Positions 51,391 through 64,000 of a stretch of 64,000 nucleotides of DNA are shown here, piece by piece (the stretch's first letter is position 1; every line of letters starts with the position of its first letter). Source of the stretch: Auanema rhodensis (Eukaryota; Animalia; Nematoda); assembly GCA_964057225.1 (NCBI GenBank), contig OZ059896.1:6448001-6512000 (forward strand). Direction: 5' to 3'. The position numbers and the translations under genes were made by a program. Under the pieces are notes generated by a model. The model did not search any database. It saw nothing but the letters and a program-made list of their open reading frames with translations, and had not been told where the DNA came from.

Positions 51391-51987
51391 ATGACATCAA
51401 CTGTCTCCTCATTTCTCCGCCGATTCTCCATGGACTCGGCGGACACCACTTCTTCGACTTCGTCCACGTCATCACCTTCGCGGTCTCGAAAGATTAGCTT
51501 TCGTGCGTTGCCGGTGTCAGCAATGAGACCTGTACTTGTGACAGCAACGCCATTGACGTCGTCAATTACTTCGAATTCTCATCAACAACAAGGAGTACCT
51601 GCCTCCGGGCAGATGAACGGATCACGACCATCTTCAACTTCTCGACGTTCGAGAATTCTAGATTCAGCACGACGACGATTTTCACTTCAACATAATAACG
51701 ATATATGTTTACATATGCAAAATGTCTGCTTATCACATGTTGGCAAAGGTGAAAATGGAAGTTTACCAGATCTGCTAGAGGTGCTTACAGTTGAATATCC
51801 ATGTCTCATTCTATCCGTAGCAAAATATATTGAGACCTAAATAATATTATTTAACATTTTGCATATTAAATGTTTTCCATTTCAGAAAGGTATACGATCT
51901 CCACAAACAAAACGTGTGTCTGTTGTTACTGGTGGTGATAAAGCAATATTTCCGCACAAGAACCGCAAAAATCATATACATCATAAA
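51391..51987 (+). CDS. soc-2: Alternative N-terminal exons of soc-2 (51391-51780, 51886-51987)
   Basis: An ATG 12 nt after an ATTCAG acceptor starts a 130-codon Ser/Arg-rich exon. A second phase-0 exon encodes KGIRSPQTKRVSVVTGGDKAIFPHKNRKNHIHHK, which resembles the recalled TKRVSV segment of the C. elegans SOC-2 alternative isoform. Confidence 0.7.
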
Positions 51988-52445
51988 GTACGTTAATTTC
52001 TTTTTTTTTTCTGCATTATTTGGTTTTCTTGAACATATAAGTTATATGAAGCTATAAGGTAAGATTATCATAGTTGAAAGTTGTAAGTTTTTCTTTTGTA
52101 GCTTTTTACATTGCCTTTTGGGCATTTGATTATACTAAAGCTTATGGACGTGCGAATTTTTTATACGTATTATATTCAAGAAATAGATTACGTTTCACTT
52201 AGCATTATTTCTATTTTTGGAGCATGTAAGCAAATGTAACCAGATGCAAACTACTTCTTAAAAAGTGAGCAAAATGTGTTAAGATGTAATGCATATTCAA
52301 ACTTCATTTTGAATGAGGGTGGTAGAGGATTAGTTGAAAATACTTGCCATGCTCATAGCACTAAGCCACATCTGCTCGTATTTACTATATAATGTCACTT
52401 TTGATAGGGCAAAGCTCTGTTATTCTCTCTCCCTTTCTCTCTCTC

Positions 52446-52491
<46 letters not shown>

Positions 52492-53582
52492 ATTCTTATT
52501 ATCTTTTATATTCATTGTGGCCTCTTCGAGTTACAAACAATTTTAAAATTGACTGAATAAGAAACACAATGAGGTATTACTTAATTTCTAAATTTATTTT
52601 TCCACTACCGTTAAATAAACATTGAACAAGGAAATTATTATTGTGATGCTCTCAGTATCATGTTGAGTATTGCTGACTTCTTACTTATTCGTATCCTCTT
52701 TATGCTTTCTATTGCCGATATATGTTGAGCACAATACATGAACTTCTATAGACATACTGTTTTCCCTTGTGAACGACAGGCTTATCAAAAATAATTTGTG
52801 CTTTGTCCTCTTTCGTTTTCACTAATTCTCTATCTATATCATTCTTTCTTGCTTGTGATTCTGTGGAATAATGACATCTGAATAAAGCCTAACAAAGGCA
52901 GCAGACATCTGCCTGGTGTCCTGTCATTCGGCTTGAATCCCAAGAGAATGAAAGCTCAACCAAAAATGTGAAGAATGAGAAAGAGAAGAGTAAGAAAGAA
53001 AGGCAGAACGAGAGAAAGATGAAGATGCTGAACGTTAAAGAAATGAGAGATAGAGAGAGAGATAGAGAGAGAGATAGAAAGAAAAAAGAGGGGAGAGGGG
53101 AGTGAAAAGTGGAATCATACAAAAACTGCCAATTTGGCCTTTATCGCTAAAGTGCCAAGTTTTATCTAATGTTGGAAAAAAATTGTTTCCTCAGAGTTCA
53201 GAGGTTCAAAAGTTAGCTATCGTATTGCCTTTCTTACGTTGTTAACATTGTACTAATTGGAATTCATTATTGATTCATAGTAACCAGCTAGTTCAATGTT
53301 ATGAGCGATGTCTCCCATGTGGTGCCAAGCCTTCTTTTGGTTTCATCCAATGCTCTATTTCTAACGTTTTTTCTCTTTGAGCTTCCAACACATCGTATGC
53401 AATTAATTCATATTCTAAACTTTTGTTGTTGTTTTTTTAAATGCAACTAGTATAACATTTGAGCTAAATAATTTGCCCTCGTTGCGTTTATGTCATCCGC
53501 TTGATTCCTGATTTTCGTTGTTTTTTTGCTCCCGAGCTTGAATCAGTTGTTGGTTTATGTTGCTCATTGATTTACCAATATA

Positions 53583-53613
<31 letters not shown>

Positions 53614-56600
53614 GAAGTATCCAGCAAAAAAAAAGCTCAGTTGTCGCTACTTGATTAATCTTTACAATTTGCTATCTTTTGTTTTGTTTCAGTCACTTCA
53701 TAGGAATAATACTGCAATTGCAAATACACCTACGTACTCTTGAACGGGTCATGCTTATAACTCAATGTATATATTAGTTTTCAAGGTTTTTTTCATTTAA
53801 CAACTTCAACCGATTTAAACTTTCGCTTTTACTTCAAATAATTGCTCTCATCTTCTGAAATTATATGTGCTAACTGTTTGCAACTTGATAAACAATAGGT
53901 TTTTAAAGTTTTTTTTTCAAAGTTTCGATTGTTTTTTATCTTTGCTGAACAATAGTCTTGTCCTCCGATCACGTTATACTTGTTCTCTATCTTCCAATTT
54001 TTATATCCTTTGAAAGTGGTTGAAAACGTTTCAATTCAACGTTTTATCGACTTTGCTAAGAGACACTCCTATTTTCGCATCTTTGGCAATTGGCTAGCGG
54101 CTGACACTCAGTTTGTGTTGGGTGTCGTCTTCGTTGTCGTCGTGATTGCCAATCAGACAGCCTGATTTGGTAGACAGACGAGTCGAATAGAGATGATTTT
54201 AAAACATATTCCGGCCTTGTCCATTGTAAAGTATCAATATATGTTTTTAAAAAAATCTGATCTTTTTCAAAAATCTCTAATAGTTGACACAAAACTGAAG
54301 GAATTATCCGATTACTCAGAGAAGCCTGACAGCAAAAAAAACTTTGCCTATAGAATGTCTGAAGACAATATATAAATGAAACATATAGATATACGATTAA
54401 GAATATATTTATATATGAAATTAACTAAATGAGTTTGTTCTCTTAGCAAATATAACTGTGACAAACCAATTAGAAATTAGTCAGTGAAGTCAATTTTGGG
54501 AAAAAAAAGTTCAATCACTCAGAAACAAGTTACGTTGTGCTGTAAGAAGGGTTTATTGGTTTCTTCACTATGATTTTTGGTTCAAAATATAGTATTTTTT
54601 TATGAAAAAAGACAGATCTTTTAATACTCTGAAAACATCATTTTTATTAATATTTTTTGTTCAATGATTAAAACACAAACTAATTAAAGCCATACTCTTT
54701 GTTTGATTGTCAATTTATAGAAATAGAATGATGTTGTAAGAAAATTGAGCTAGAGGAAGGAAAGATCGAATGAAGGAATACTTACAATATCTGATTCATT
54801 GGTGTGATCTTGATTTCATCTCAGATAGCTTTAACAGCTTCAGGCACGAGAATAATGGATGCTATGAATAAAAAGGGCTGATAAACAATTTATTATGTGC
54901 TGTATTGGAATTTTCTCATCATTTATAAACTCTCTATCTCTCTTTGGCTTTCTCCACTCAACTTCTCGCCAATCTCCTACTTGTGCCTTTTCTCATTTAA
55001 ACGTCTTCATCCTCTAAAATCTAACATCCATAGGAGCATCTATCTTAAGTATTGGATTCCTTTTTCTTCTTGATGTTGTCAGCTTTCTGGACAACCTATC
55101 GCTCTCTCATAAGTTTTTTTCTCAGATGCTACCACCAATTATTTGATTCGTGCTCTCTTTCAACTCCTATACATTTCAATCTTACACGCTCCTACAGCTG
55201 GTGTTCTGATTGTACGACTCTATCAGCTATAAGTCTCTGTCTCTCTTATTCTATCCATTACACAGTTGTGGTCCAACCCTAGTCAATCAACGACTAGCGA
55301 AAGAACCCGTAGTTGCTGAGCTTATCCCTCCCAATATCTAAAACACGCCGGCCTCACTAGACGAACGAAGTAACCATCATCTTATTCTTTTTGACTTTTC
55401 TCCGTTCAACAATACTTTGAATGCTGAATCTTCCCATCTATGTGTCAACACTACTTTTCACATTTCCATTGAAGTACATGTTAGTTCGGCACCCCAATCT
55501 TACTAAGCTGTTTGAGTATATGGCTTTGACTTTTGTTTATGGTGCGCTTGCTTATGTTCATCTTTCTTATAGCATTGCACTGCAGCTTTCATCTCAAATT
55601 TTAGTTTTTTTTTTGCCGTCATCGTTTTGTCAGCTGCTTTTTTCAATTTTTTCTTAATTTACGAAAGCGTTTATCTCTGCGTTTTCCTTATTTCAATTAT
55701 TTGATGTTCTCTGTGGTTGAGTTGTAGCTAAAAACAAGAGCTTTTCTTTTTCTGCTTAATCTGATTCATCTGTCTTAAACATTTTCTTTTGTTGAAATAT
55801 ATATTTTTTAACAACATTTAAGAGATCTTCTTTCATTATAACTAAAAAAATAATATTTTTTTCAAATTGCTTGATGTTTATATCTTCATTTCTAAGTATA
55901 ATCAAGAGGACAAATTCTTATTGATTAATGTATGATATCCTTTTTGCAATGATGATATTGGTGAATGATCATCTTGGCTAATGAACCACTGATGTGCTCT
56001 TTAACTTTTCCTAGGCCCAGCTGGAGCAATGTCATCGGAAGTTTCTAGTTGTAACTGGGGGCAGCTTTCTTCTCAAGTGGCCACGCATCTGCTGCTTTTA
56101 CTATCTAACAGCTTTTCTTTGTGCTCTTCTTCGGCATATTCTTAACATTCCAAAAAAGTTCTATTTTTCTTTTCAATGTTTACAGTTGCATTCTTTTTCT
56201 TTATTTCTCTATTCTTCTAAGCTGCATCTTCTGCAGTCATAGTCATCATTACATACTGATGTGCTTGCTTCGACATCTATCTAACAAACTTTACTAGTGG
56301 AGCAACCATAACGAAGAAAGTGTTCATGTAGTTCTAGAGATATTAATACATATTCTTCATTTTTCAAATCATCATTGAGCAAAAATAATGAATAGTTGTT
56401 GATCATTGGTATTAGCATTCGTATACTAAATTTTATGGTATAGTTGCTAATTTCTTTGTCGTATATTTCGTTCGATACTCTAAAATGTTTTCTCTTCATT
56501 TCTCTTATTCCATTGTCCTATTCCTGTTACCCTTTCTGTTTTCTTTTTTCACCAACTATATTTCTTTTTTTTTTAAATTTTGTGTGTTCTTGATCTTGCT

Positions 56601-59600
56601 TATATAGTTTTACTTTAGCAACTATGAAACTCTTGAATTTTTTCTCATTTTTCATTCAAATATCATCTTTTTTTTTGTCAAAATTTGATTCTACACATAC
56701 CTGATTAATCTTGTATGCTCCTCATGTAATTCTGATTCTGTTAATAGTGTAATCGGACTCATTCAACCGTCTGGTAATCCATTGATTCCAGCAGTTTCTT
56801 AAACATGAACCTATATAGAGAAGGACATCAACTGAAGGTCAATAATATTCCAGCAATTGAATGAAGATGCTCATTTTCTGGTGAATTTTTCGGCTATAAT
56901 GTCATTGTTTTTCGATTTTTGTTTAACAGCTTGCACTCCCAACATTTTCAATTCGACGAGTGATCAATGTCTATTACTTTGTTACTAAGATGAGAACGTT
57001 TTTCCATTTTAGCGTGACTAGCTGAATTTAGTTGCCCTATACAAGCCGCTATCAATTTTTCTCTATTCTTATTCCCTCATTCTCATTCTCACTCTAGTAC
57101 TCTCTTCATTTTTCAATTGAAACGAGAAAAAAGGATTTGCTTTTTTTCTTTGTTAAAACTGCTCTTTTCGGATGTTGCTGATGCTGAAGGCGAATATGTC
57201 TTTGTGTCTCTGTGTCTATGCGTGTATTAAGGGAGGGGGGGGGGTAGTAGTAGTAGCGATGGCCACCCGGACTTCTCCAGTTTCCGTTTTGCTTGCCCTT
57301 ATCCATTTTTCTTATAAACGCATAATGTCTCTTATGTCGTCGTCATTCTTGTCTCCCTCCCTCCTTCAATATCAATTCCTTATTCTGTTAAACCGATCCA
57401 ATATACTCTGTCGCCCTTTCAAGTACTTGGTTCTTTCATGATTAGCTTTTGTATGAGATCAAAATTCTAATTTTCAGACTAAGTAGCATCCTTATGCGTT
57501 TTTGCATAAGCATTTGTTTGTTACAAGCTATGCTTCATCAGAAGATCTTTAGCCTACTAATGATAGTTTTATGACCTTTTCATTATGACAATGTTTCAAA
57601 GAGACCGTTGATGACATCAAAGTGTATGTAGACTCGTTTACATTGTTTTCATTATGTTTTTGAGTTAAGAATGTTTTTTTGCTTCTCGTGTAGAACATCA
57701 TATATATGAAAACAATGCTTGATTGTGGAACTAATTTATTTGGTCAGTTCCACATGTTTCATGTTGTTCTAAAAGAATTATTCACAACTAATTAATCTTT
57801 CTTATAATGATAACTCATGATTTACCTAAGTTTTGAATAATTCTTACTCGAGGAAAATAATTACTGTGATCAGCCCATTGTGCTACGGACCCATCATCCA
57901 CCGTTAGAGTCATCAACGACGTTGTCTTCCTTAACAGTCTTCTCTCGGTGAAATGATAATGAAGAAAAGAAGATGGATAGATAGCTTTCTTTTCTCTGTC
58001 TCTTCTAACCGGTCCACCCTCCACACAGCCGCAATCATCATCATCATCAGCAGCGCCATCATCCGCTCTTCCTTTCTTTATCATCTTTTGCCTTTTGCTG
58101 ATAATGACGCTAACCCTTTTCTCTTCAACTCGAATATACACACATATATATATATATATTATATATAAATATATGTATGTATGTGTATGTATATAATATT
58201 ATTCGCTTAATCTTTGTCTTTCTTTAGTACATGATGATTCCTCAGCCCTCAGTCATGTTACCGTTTGGTTTTGTACGTAGACAGGAAGCGAATTGCTGAC
58301 ACAGCTTGTGGCAATGGCGATAATCTAGCTTTTGACAGCTATTGTAGCTAGTGTCCACTGCTCTGCTTTATTTCTACTCTATATAACAATCTCTGCAGAC
58401 AATGTTGTACCTTCATCATTCAGTGCCATCTCCGTTCTATTTTCAGTTATTTCACCAGCATTGTCTTACACAAATTCCTAGTCGCAAACAGATAACCGGT
58501 TATCATAGTTTCACATGATGATAATTGTCCTCGTAGCCATTTAGGTATATTTGCATGATCACGATAATGAGGTTTTCAAATTTGAAAAACTTATTCTACA
58601 ATCAGATCACACATCCTTACTAATGACAAGTGGTGCGATGTCCAGTTGAGCGCAGAATAACGTGTCCCTTTTCGTGTCATTACGAATGCCATATCATTTT
58701 ATTCTTTTTTTCCCGTAAATTCTCTGCAAACTAATCGAATTGAATTTATTTTTTCAAAGCTTTGTTGCATATTGTTTATAGTTTACTATTTGTTTCTAGA
58801 CTTTTGATAATTTTCATGTTTATTATTTTTTCAAAGAATATTTTCAATTTGAAAGATGAAATCGTTTCTCTCTCTCTGTTTCTCTCTCTCCCTCTCTCCC
58901 TTTCCCTTTGCCTCTGTCTTATTTTTTCCCGTTCTCTCTTTGTCTTTTTGTCATTTTCTCGTTAGTTTTTTTTGTTTTCTTTCTTATTAGATGTATATAT
59001 TGCAAGGTATTTGGTCACAATTTCTAGCACTTTACTTTCTGTTTAAAGTTAGTAGAAATGCCTGGACTGATTACGCCCCCTTTCTTGGTTTATACCAATC
59101 AATTTTGCCAATCACTGTTCTTTATTTTATCATTTTGTCTATTCTCCTAAATATCTACCGATTCATAGATTTAAATCAATATATCAAGAGTTTTGCAACC
59201 AAGATGATATGTTTCTATAAGATACTCAGAGTTACTTATTTTGAATTTGTACTTAATATGCCATCGATTAATTGATTGATGAAGCTGAATTTAAGATTTT
59301 TATCTTTCAGCAACAATTTCCTTGAAAATGTTTTTATGATCCTATTAGTTTGTTTCGAAATACATTAACTACCAATACTTTCTTTACACATGTGTTTCTT
59401 GATGATCATGTAACTCATACTTATACATTCAGCTAACGCTCTTCTGAATCTTCATACCGTTGCTGAATTCCAAGATTATACTTTGTTGATTCAAGCTCGG
59501 CCACCGAATTTTTACAGTACTCTGGCTCTCTTGGGAAAAGGAAGCGTAGGGGGCACTTCGCGTCTGTTCGACGCCTTGTCCCTATGTCTGAACTCGGCAA

Positions 59601-59602
59601 CT

Positions 59603-62219
59603 ATGGATCACAATAGTAGTAATGCCAAAGAATTCGAGTTCCGTCCTACAAAAGAGGGCCAAAGAAGTAAAAGTCCAGGTGTCATTGGAAGACTTAGTAG
59701 CTTTGCTAGAAGCAAGACACGTAACAGTTTAAGTGAAAAAAGTGCAAATTCGACTGGTTTTAATGAAAAGCCGAAAAGGGTATGTTCTTAACTACATATT
59801 ATCAAGCTCATATGTTCAAGAAGACTAAATACAGAAGAATAAAATGACTAGCATGATCCATTTAAGAGTATTTAAAGTTTTCTTTTTTCAGGATCTTAAT
59901 AGAGAATTCCAAAAATGTCGTGAAAATAATGATAGTCGACTAGACTTGAACTCTAGTGACGTAAGTTATATATTTGCTTACTGTTCCAAATTTATTTTTG
60001 TTATTTTCTTAGATTATTTGTATCCCTCCGTCTATTCGTGATCTTACACAGCTGACGGAATTATTTATTTATAAAAATAAGTTGACAACTCTCCCTTCAG
60101 AATTGGGATGTCTAGTATCTTTGAAGAAATTAGGTATGCATTTTTTTTCATTTGTTTATGAAAGATGATCAAATCTTTTAGGGCTTAGCGAAAATTCCCT
60201 TACATCTTTACCGGATAGTTTGTCGGCTCTCACTCAATTGGAAACTTTGGATTTAAGGCATAATAAATTTACGGAGGTTTAACCCTATTTATATAAAAAT
60301 TTTTGTGTTCACTAGAACATTTTCAGATTCCTCCTGTTATATATCGCATTTCTTCTTTGGAAACATTATGGCTACGTTATAATCGTATTGTAGTAATTGG
60401 AAAAGATATTAGCAATCTGAAGAGGTTTTCTTTGTACTTTTCTTCTTTTTAAATCTAAATGTTTAGATTGAAAATGCTCGATTTACGGGAGAACAAAATA
60501 CGGGAATTACCAGCTTCAATAGGCCAAATGAAATCATTAGTTATTTGTCTATTAAGCTATAATCATCTCACTGTCATTCCACCAGGTTCGCTAAAATTAT
60601 TGTTTACAATAGCAATATCATATTATGTTTTTCAGAAGTTGGTGATTGTCAAGCATTAACGCAACTTGATCTGCAACACAATGATCTCGTTGATTTGCCA
60701 ACTTCAATCGGACAGCTTGCTAATCTTGAAAGATTAGGCATTAGGTATTTCATTTTAACTTAACATGTGCTTGAACTCTGAATTTAGATATAACAAGCTT
60801 AAAACACTTCCCAATAATTTGAAAAACTGCACACATTTGACAGAGTTTATCGTTGAAAGTAATCATTTGCAGAATCTCCCGGTTTGTCTTTTTTTCCATT
60901 CGATTATTTATTTGCTCCTGTTTAGGACAATATGCTTACCTTCCTTCCAAAATTAACAACAATCAACTTATCTCGAAATGAACTATCAGCATTTCCTACA
61001 GGTGGACCTCTTCAATTCTCGAGTGCGGTGGTGAGTTACAAACTACTTTGTAGCTTTTCAAGTTTTTTTGTTACAGTCAATAAATATGGAGCATAATATG
61101 ATCAATAAGATACCAATCGGTATATTCTCCAAAGCTGCTGGCTTAACCAAGCTAAATCTTAAGGAAAATGAATTATCATCCCTTCCATTAGGTAGAATTT
61201 CTTTTTGTTTTTATTTGTAAAAATTATATTTTCAGACATGGGCACTTGGACTTCAATAACAGAGTTGAATCTGTCAACTAATCAGCTCAAGGTCTTGCCG
61301 GATGACATTGACAAATTGGTAGGATAATTCATATGATAACATGAAAATCAACGTTTTTTGAAATATTGATAAAAATAAAAATAATATTTTTGTGAGAATA
61401 TTATGTATTTTATATTTCATGTTACAGGTCAATTTGGAAATTTTAGTTTTGTCAAACAATCAGTTGAAAAAACTTCCATCACAAATTGGAAACTTAAAGA
61501 AGTTACGCGAATTAGATTTGGAAGAAAATGAATTAGAAGCTATTCCAAATGAAATAGGTAAAACACTGTTAAGATTTATTTTTCTACCCTACATTTACAG
61601 GATTTCTTCTTCAACTAAGCAAGTTGTGGCTACAATCTAATCGCATGGTTAGCCTACCACGAACTATTGGAAACCTCGCTAGCTTGGTTGATTTCCGAGT
61701 AGGAGAAAATAGTTTAACAACGGTTCCTGAAGAAATAGGTATTTCACATCTTTTTATATTATTTTATTAATTATATTAAATATAATTTATAGGTCATTTG
61801 GATAATATGAAAACTCTTTATCTTAATGATAATTTGTCGTTACATTCGTTGCCTTACGAACTATCATTGTGCCAATCTCTCGAAATTATGTCAATTGAAA
61901 ACTGCCCCTTAAGCTCTATTCCGCAAGAGATAGTAACTGGAGGTCCTAGTTTGGTCATACAGGCAAGTTCATTTGAATATTTAGTGCATGATTGTGTGGA
62001 AAGCATTTACAAGTACACCGCGCGGTTATAATATAAACTTTCTTTCTGAAACTTTTTTCCAAATTTGACTTCTGAGAAGTAAAATTTATAAATATCTCGT
62101 GCCGTTCATCTTGTATTTATGCATCGTGTTTCAGTATCTTAATATGCAACGTTCATGTCGTCTTATTTCAGTACCTTAAAATGCAAGGGCCATATCGGGG
62201 TGTTATAATCACACCGTAA
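59603..62219 (+). CDS. soc-2: SOC-2/SHOC2 leucine-rich-repeat Ras/MAPK scaffold
   Basis: [29 protein letters not shown]-terminus; a long LRR series ([38 protein letters not shown]); C-terminal [25 protein letters not shown] / YLKMQGPYR. Confidence 0.95.
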
Positions 62220-63151
62220 GCCTTACATGACGTGTCTCTGGCTGGAATACGGGAAGAACCAGAAATGACAATATAAAATGTTATATCTTGGTTCTACCTA
62301 ACATTGCTCCTCGTAAAATTGTGATAATTATCCATTTAGTTTTCCCTCCAATGTTTCTTGTTTTATATCTTTTTCTGTCTTCAATTCATTCTTTCGATAT
62401 TTTATTATTGCTGCATGCTCATACTCTTCTAATAAGTAAAAATGATACTTTTGTATTTATCAAACAAATAATTTCATATATGATAGTACTCTTTGTCAAG
62501 GTGATCTGCAGAAAATATATTAATCCTAAGATACCTCTTTTCTATATACGATGTGTTCTTATAATCAATCAACAATATCGTTAACCAAGAGTTTCCAGAT
62601 ATTTATATAAATAAATAAATAAACAAACAAACATATTTGTTTGTTTGTGTGTGTATATATCTTTTACATCCATTCAGTGTATAAGATAGTCTTGTTTCTT
62701 CTTCTATTCTCTTACTACGTTTTCTTCTCTTCATTTGCCTCCCACACAGCTCTCACAAATTCTTCCTTCGGTCTGTTTTTTTTGAGATTATTTAATTACT
62801 TGTTTAATGTATGTATAGTTTAACATTAACTACTCAGTGATATGTGATTTATGGTAGCCAAATTAACCAGATTTGGCTTAAAATTGTAATTTGTTGATGT
62901 AAGCCAACATTTTTTTTGGTGAAGCATTTACAACTGTTTCGTTTTTGATTCGCGGTTTGATTCATCGTTCTTATTAGTAAAATATTACTAATAAATTTTA
63001 ATTAAATAAAAAAATGTTTGAAGAATTTTAAAGTTTTGAATGTGAATTAGATAATGAAGTAACAATTAAGATTGCATTTTATTTTATCTCAGAGACTGAC
63101 TGTACAACAATAATAATAAAATATAATAAATATATTTAAATTAAATTAGTT

Positions 63152-64000
63152 TTAATCATTTTTTGGAAATACTTTCTTTGGATCTCCCAATATTATTATT
63201 TTATTTCTTTGACTATGAATTGATTCTTTGAATGTTAAATTAGTTTGATGATAGTCATCCAACCATCCTAATACTCCGAAGCATTCATTAAATCTGAATA
63301 AATAATTATTAACTATATATGAATATAATAAACATTTTTCCAAACTTACACTTTATGATGATAATCATGAGGTTCAGGTGATGGCTGTAATGGAAAATGA
63401 TAACCAGAATGTGATGATGTTGTTGATAGTAAAGCTATAGCACTCCAAATCCATAAAGTAGTAATATGTGATCCACATAATAATGGTCCTATAATTAATT
63501 ATAATTTTAAAGAAAATAATAATTTATTATTACCTAATACAACAGGAGTAACATTTGAAACAGCATGTTCAATTGGATGACAATATACACTTGTAATAGC
63601 TAAATTATAAATTTTATATGAATATAGTTATAGATTAAGATATTAAATATTTAAAACTTACATACAGGTGCTGTCCATTCATGATGTTTTTTATGAATAT
63701 ATTTATATATATTTGGATGATGGAATAATCTATTAAAGATTTCTTCTTCTTCTTTTTCAAAAAAAAAACTTTATATACCTATGTGTATAGTAAAAACCAA
63801 GTTCTTCAATAATTAGACTAATTATTAAATCTCTGAATACTATTAACCATGAAGGTAGCTCTTCTAATGAGTAAATCATGCCTAATAAGTTTAAAATTAC
63901 AAGTTTCAATGATAGTTGTTACCTCTTGATTGGCTTATATAAAACCAAAACATCATTGTAGTTGGTCCAACTATACATATATTTATCAAACTTACTTTAA
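63152..64000 (-). CDS. Fatty acid hydroxylase / sterol desaturase family protein (FAXDC2-like), 5' part beyond the right edge
   Basis: His boxes FYYTH/RLFHHP, HKKHHEW, YCHPIEH, HSGYHFP and HDYHH, followed by FNECFGVLGWLD. Confidence 0.9.

Noticed and set aside
57866-57920. Box C/D snoRNA-like motifs on the minus strand (TGATGA...CTGA)
   Set aside because: Too short, weak terminal stem, and no recognisable rRNA or snRNA complement.
1-64000. tRNA, rRNA, CRISPR arrays or prokaryotic systems
   Set aside because: None seen; the window is eukaryotic nuclear DNA.

Overview
AT-rich, intron-rich eukaryotic DNA with nematode hallmarks: TTTCAG-type acceptors, ~45-nt introns, candidate trans-splice sites just before start codons, and proteins close to C. 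elegans orthologues (probably a rhabditid; species not determinable). Genes assembled by hand, left to right: tkr-2-like tachykinin-type GPCR (-, runs off the left edge); BET1 SNARE (-); selenoprotein K (+), absent from the ORF track; a divergent G-alpha subunit (+); a 514-bp MITE with an 8-bp TSD; laminin beta lam-1 (+); mitochondrial release factor (+); Get2/CAML-like ER insertase (-); CHCHD1/mS37 (+); rpl-39 (+); soc-2 (+) with several distant alternative N-terminal exons; and a FAXDC2-like hydroxylase (-, runs off the right edge). The standout is the 13.5-17.6 kb locus. A five-exon SELENOK ends ...PPMAGGG-UGA-GR-stop, is followed by a hairpin just after the stop, and has a GUGA-type form-II SECIS. 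The extended basal helix of that SECIS contains the start codon of the next same-strand gene, a myristoylation-motif G-alpha lacking both GTPase catalytic residues. The selenoprotein 3' UTR and the G-alpha 5' end therefore overlap, implying competing or dicistronic RNA processing. All gene models and RNA folds were derived by eye and need computational and RNA confirmation.
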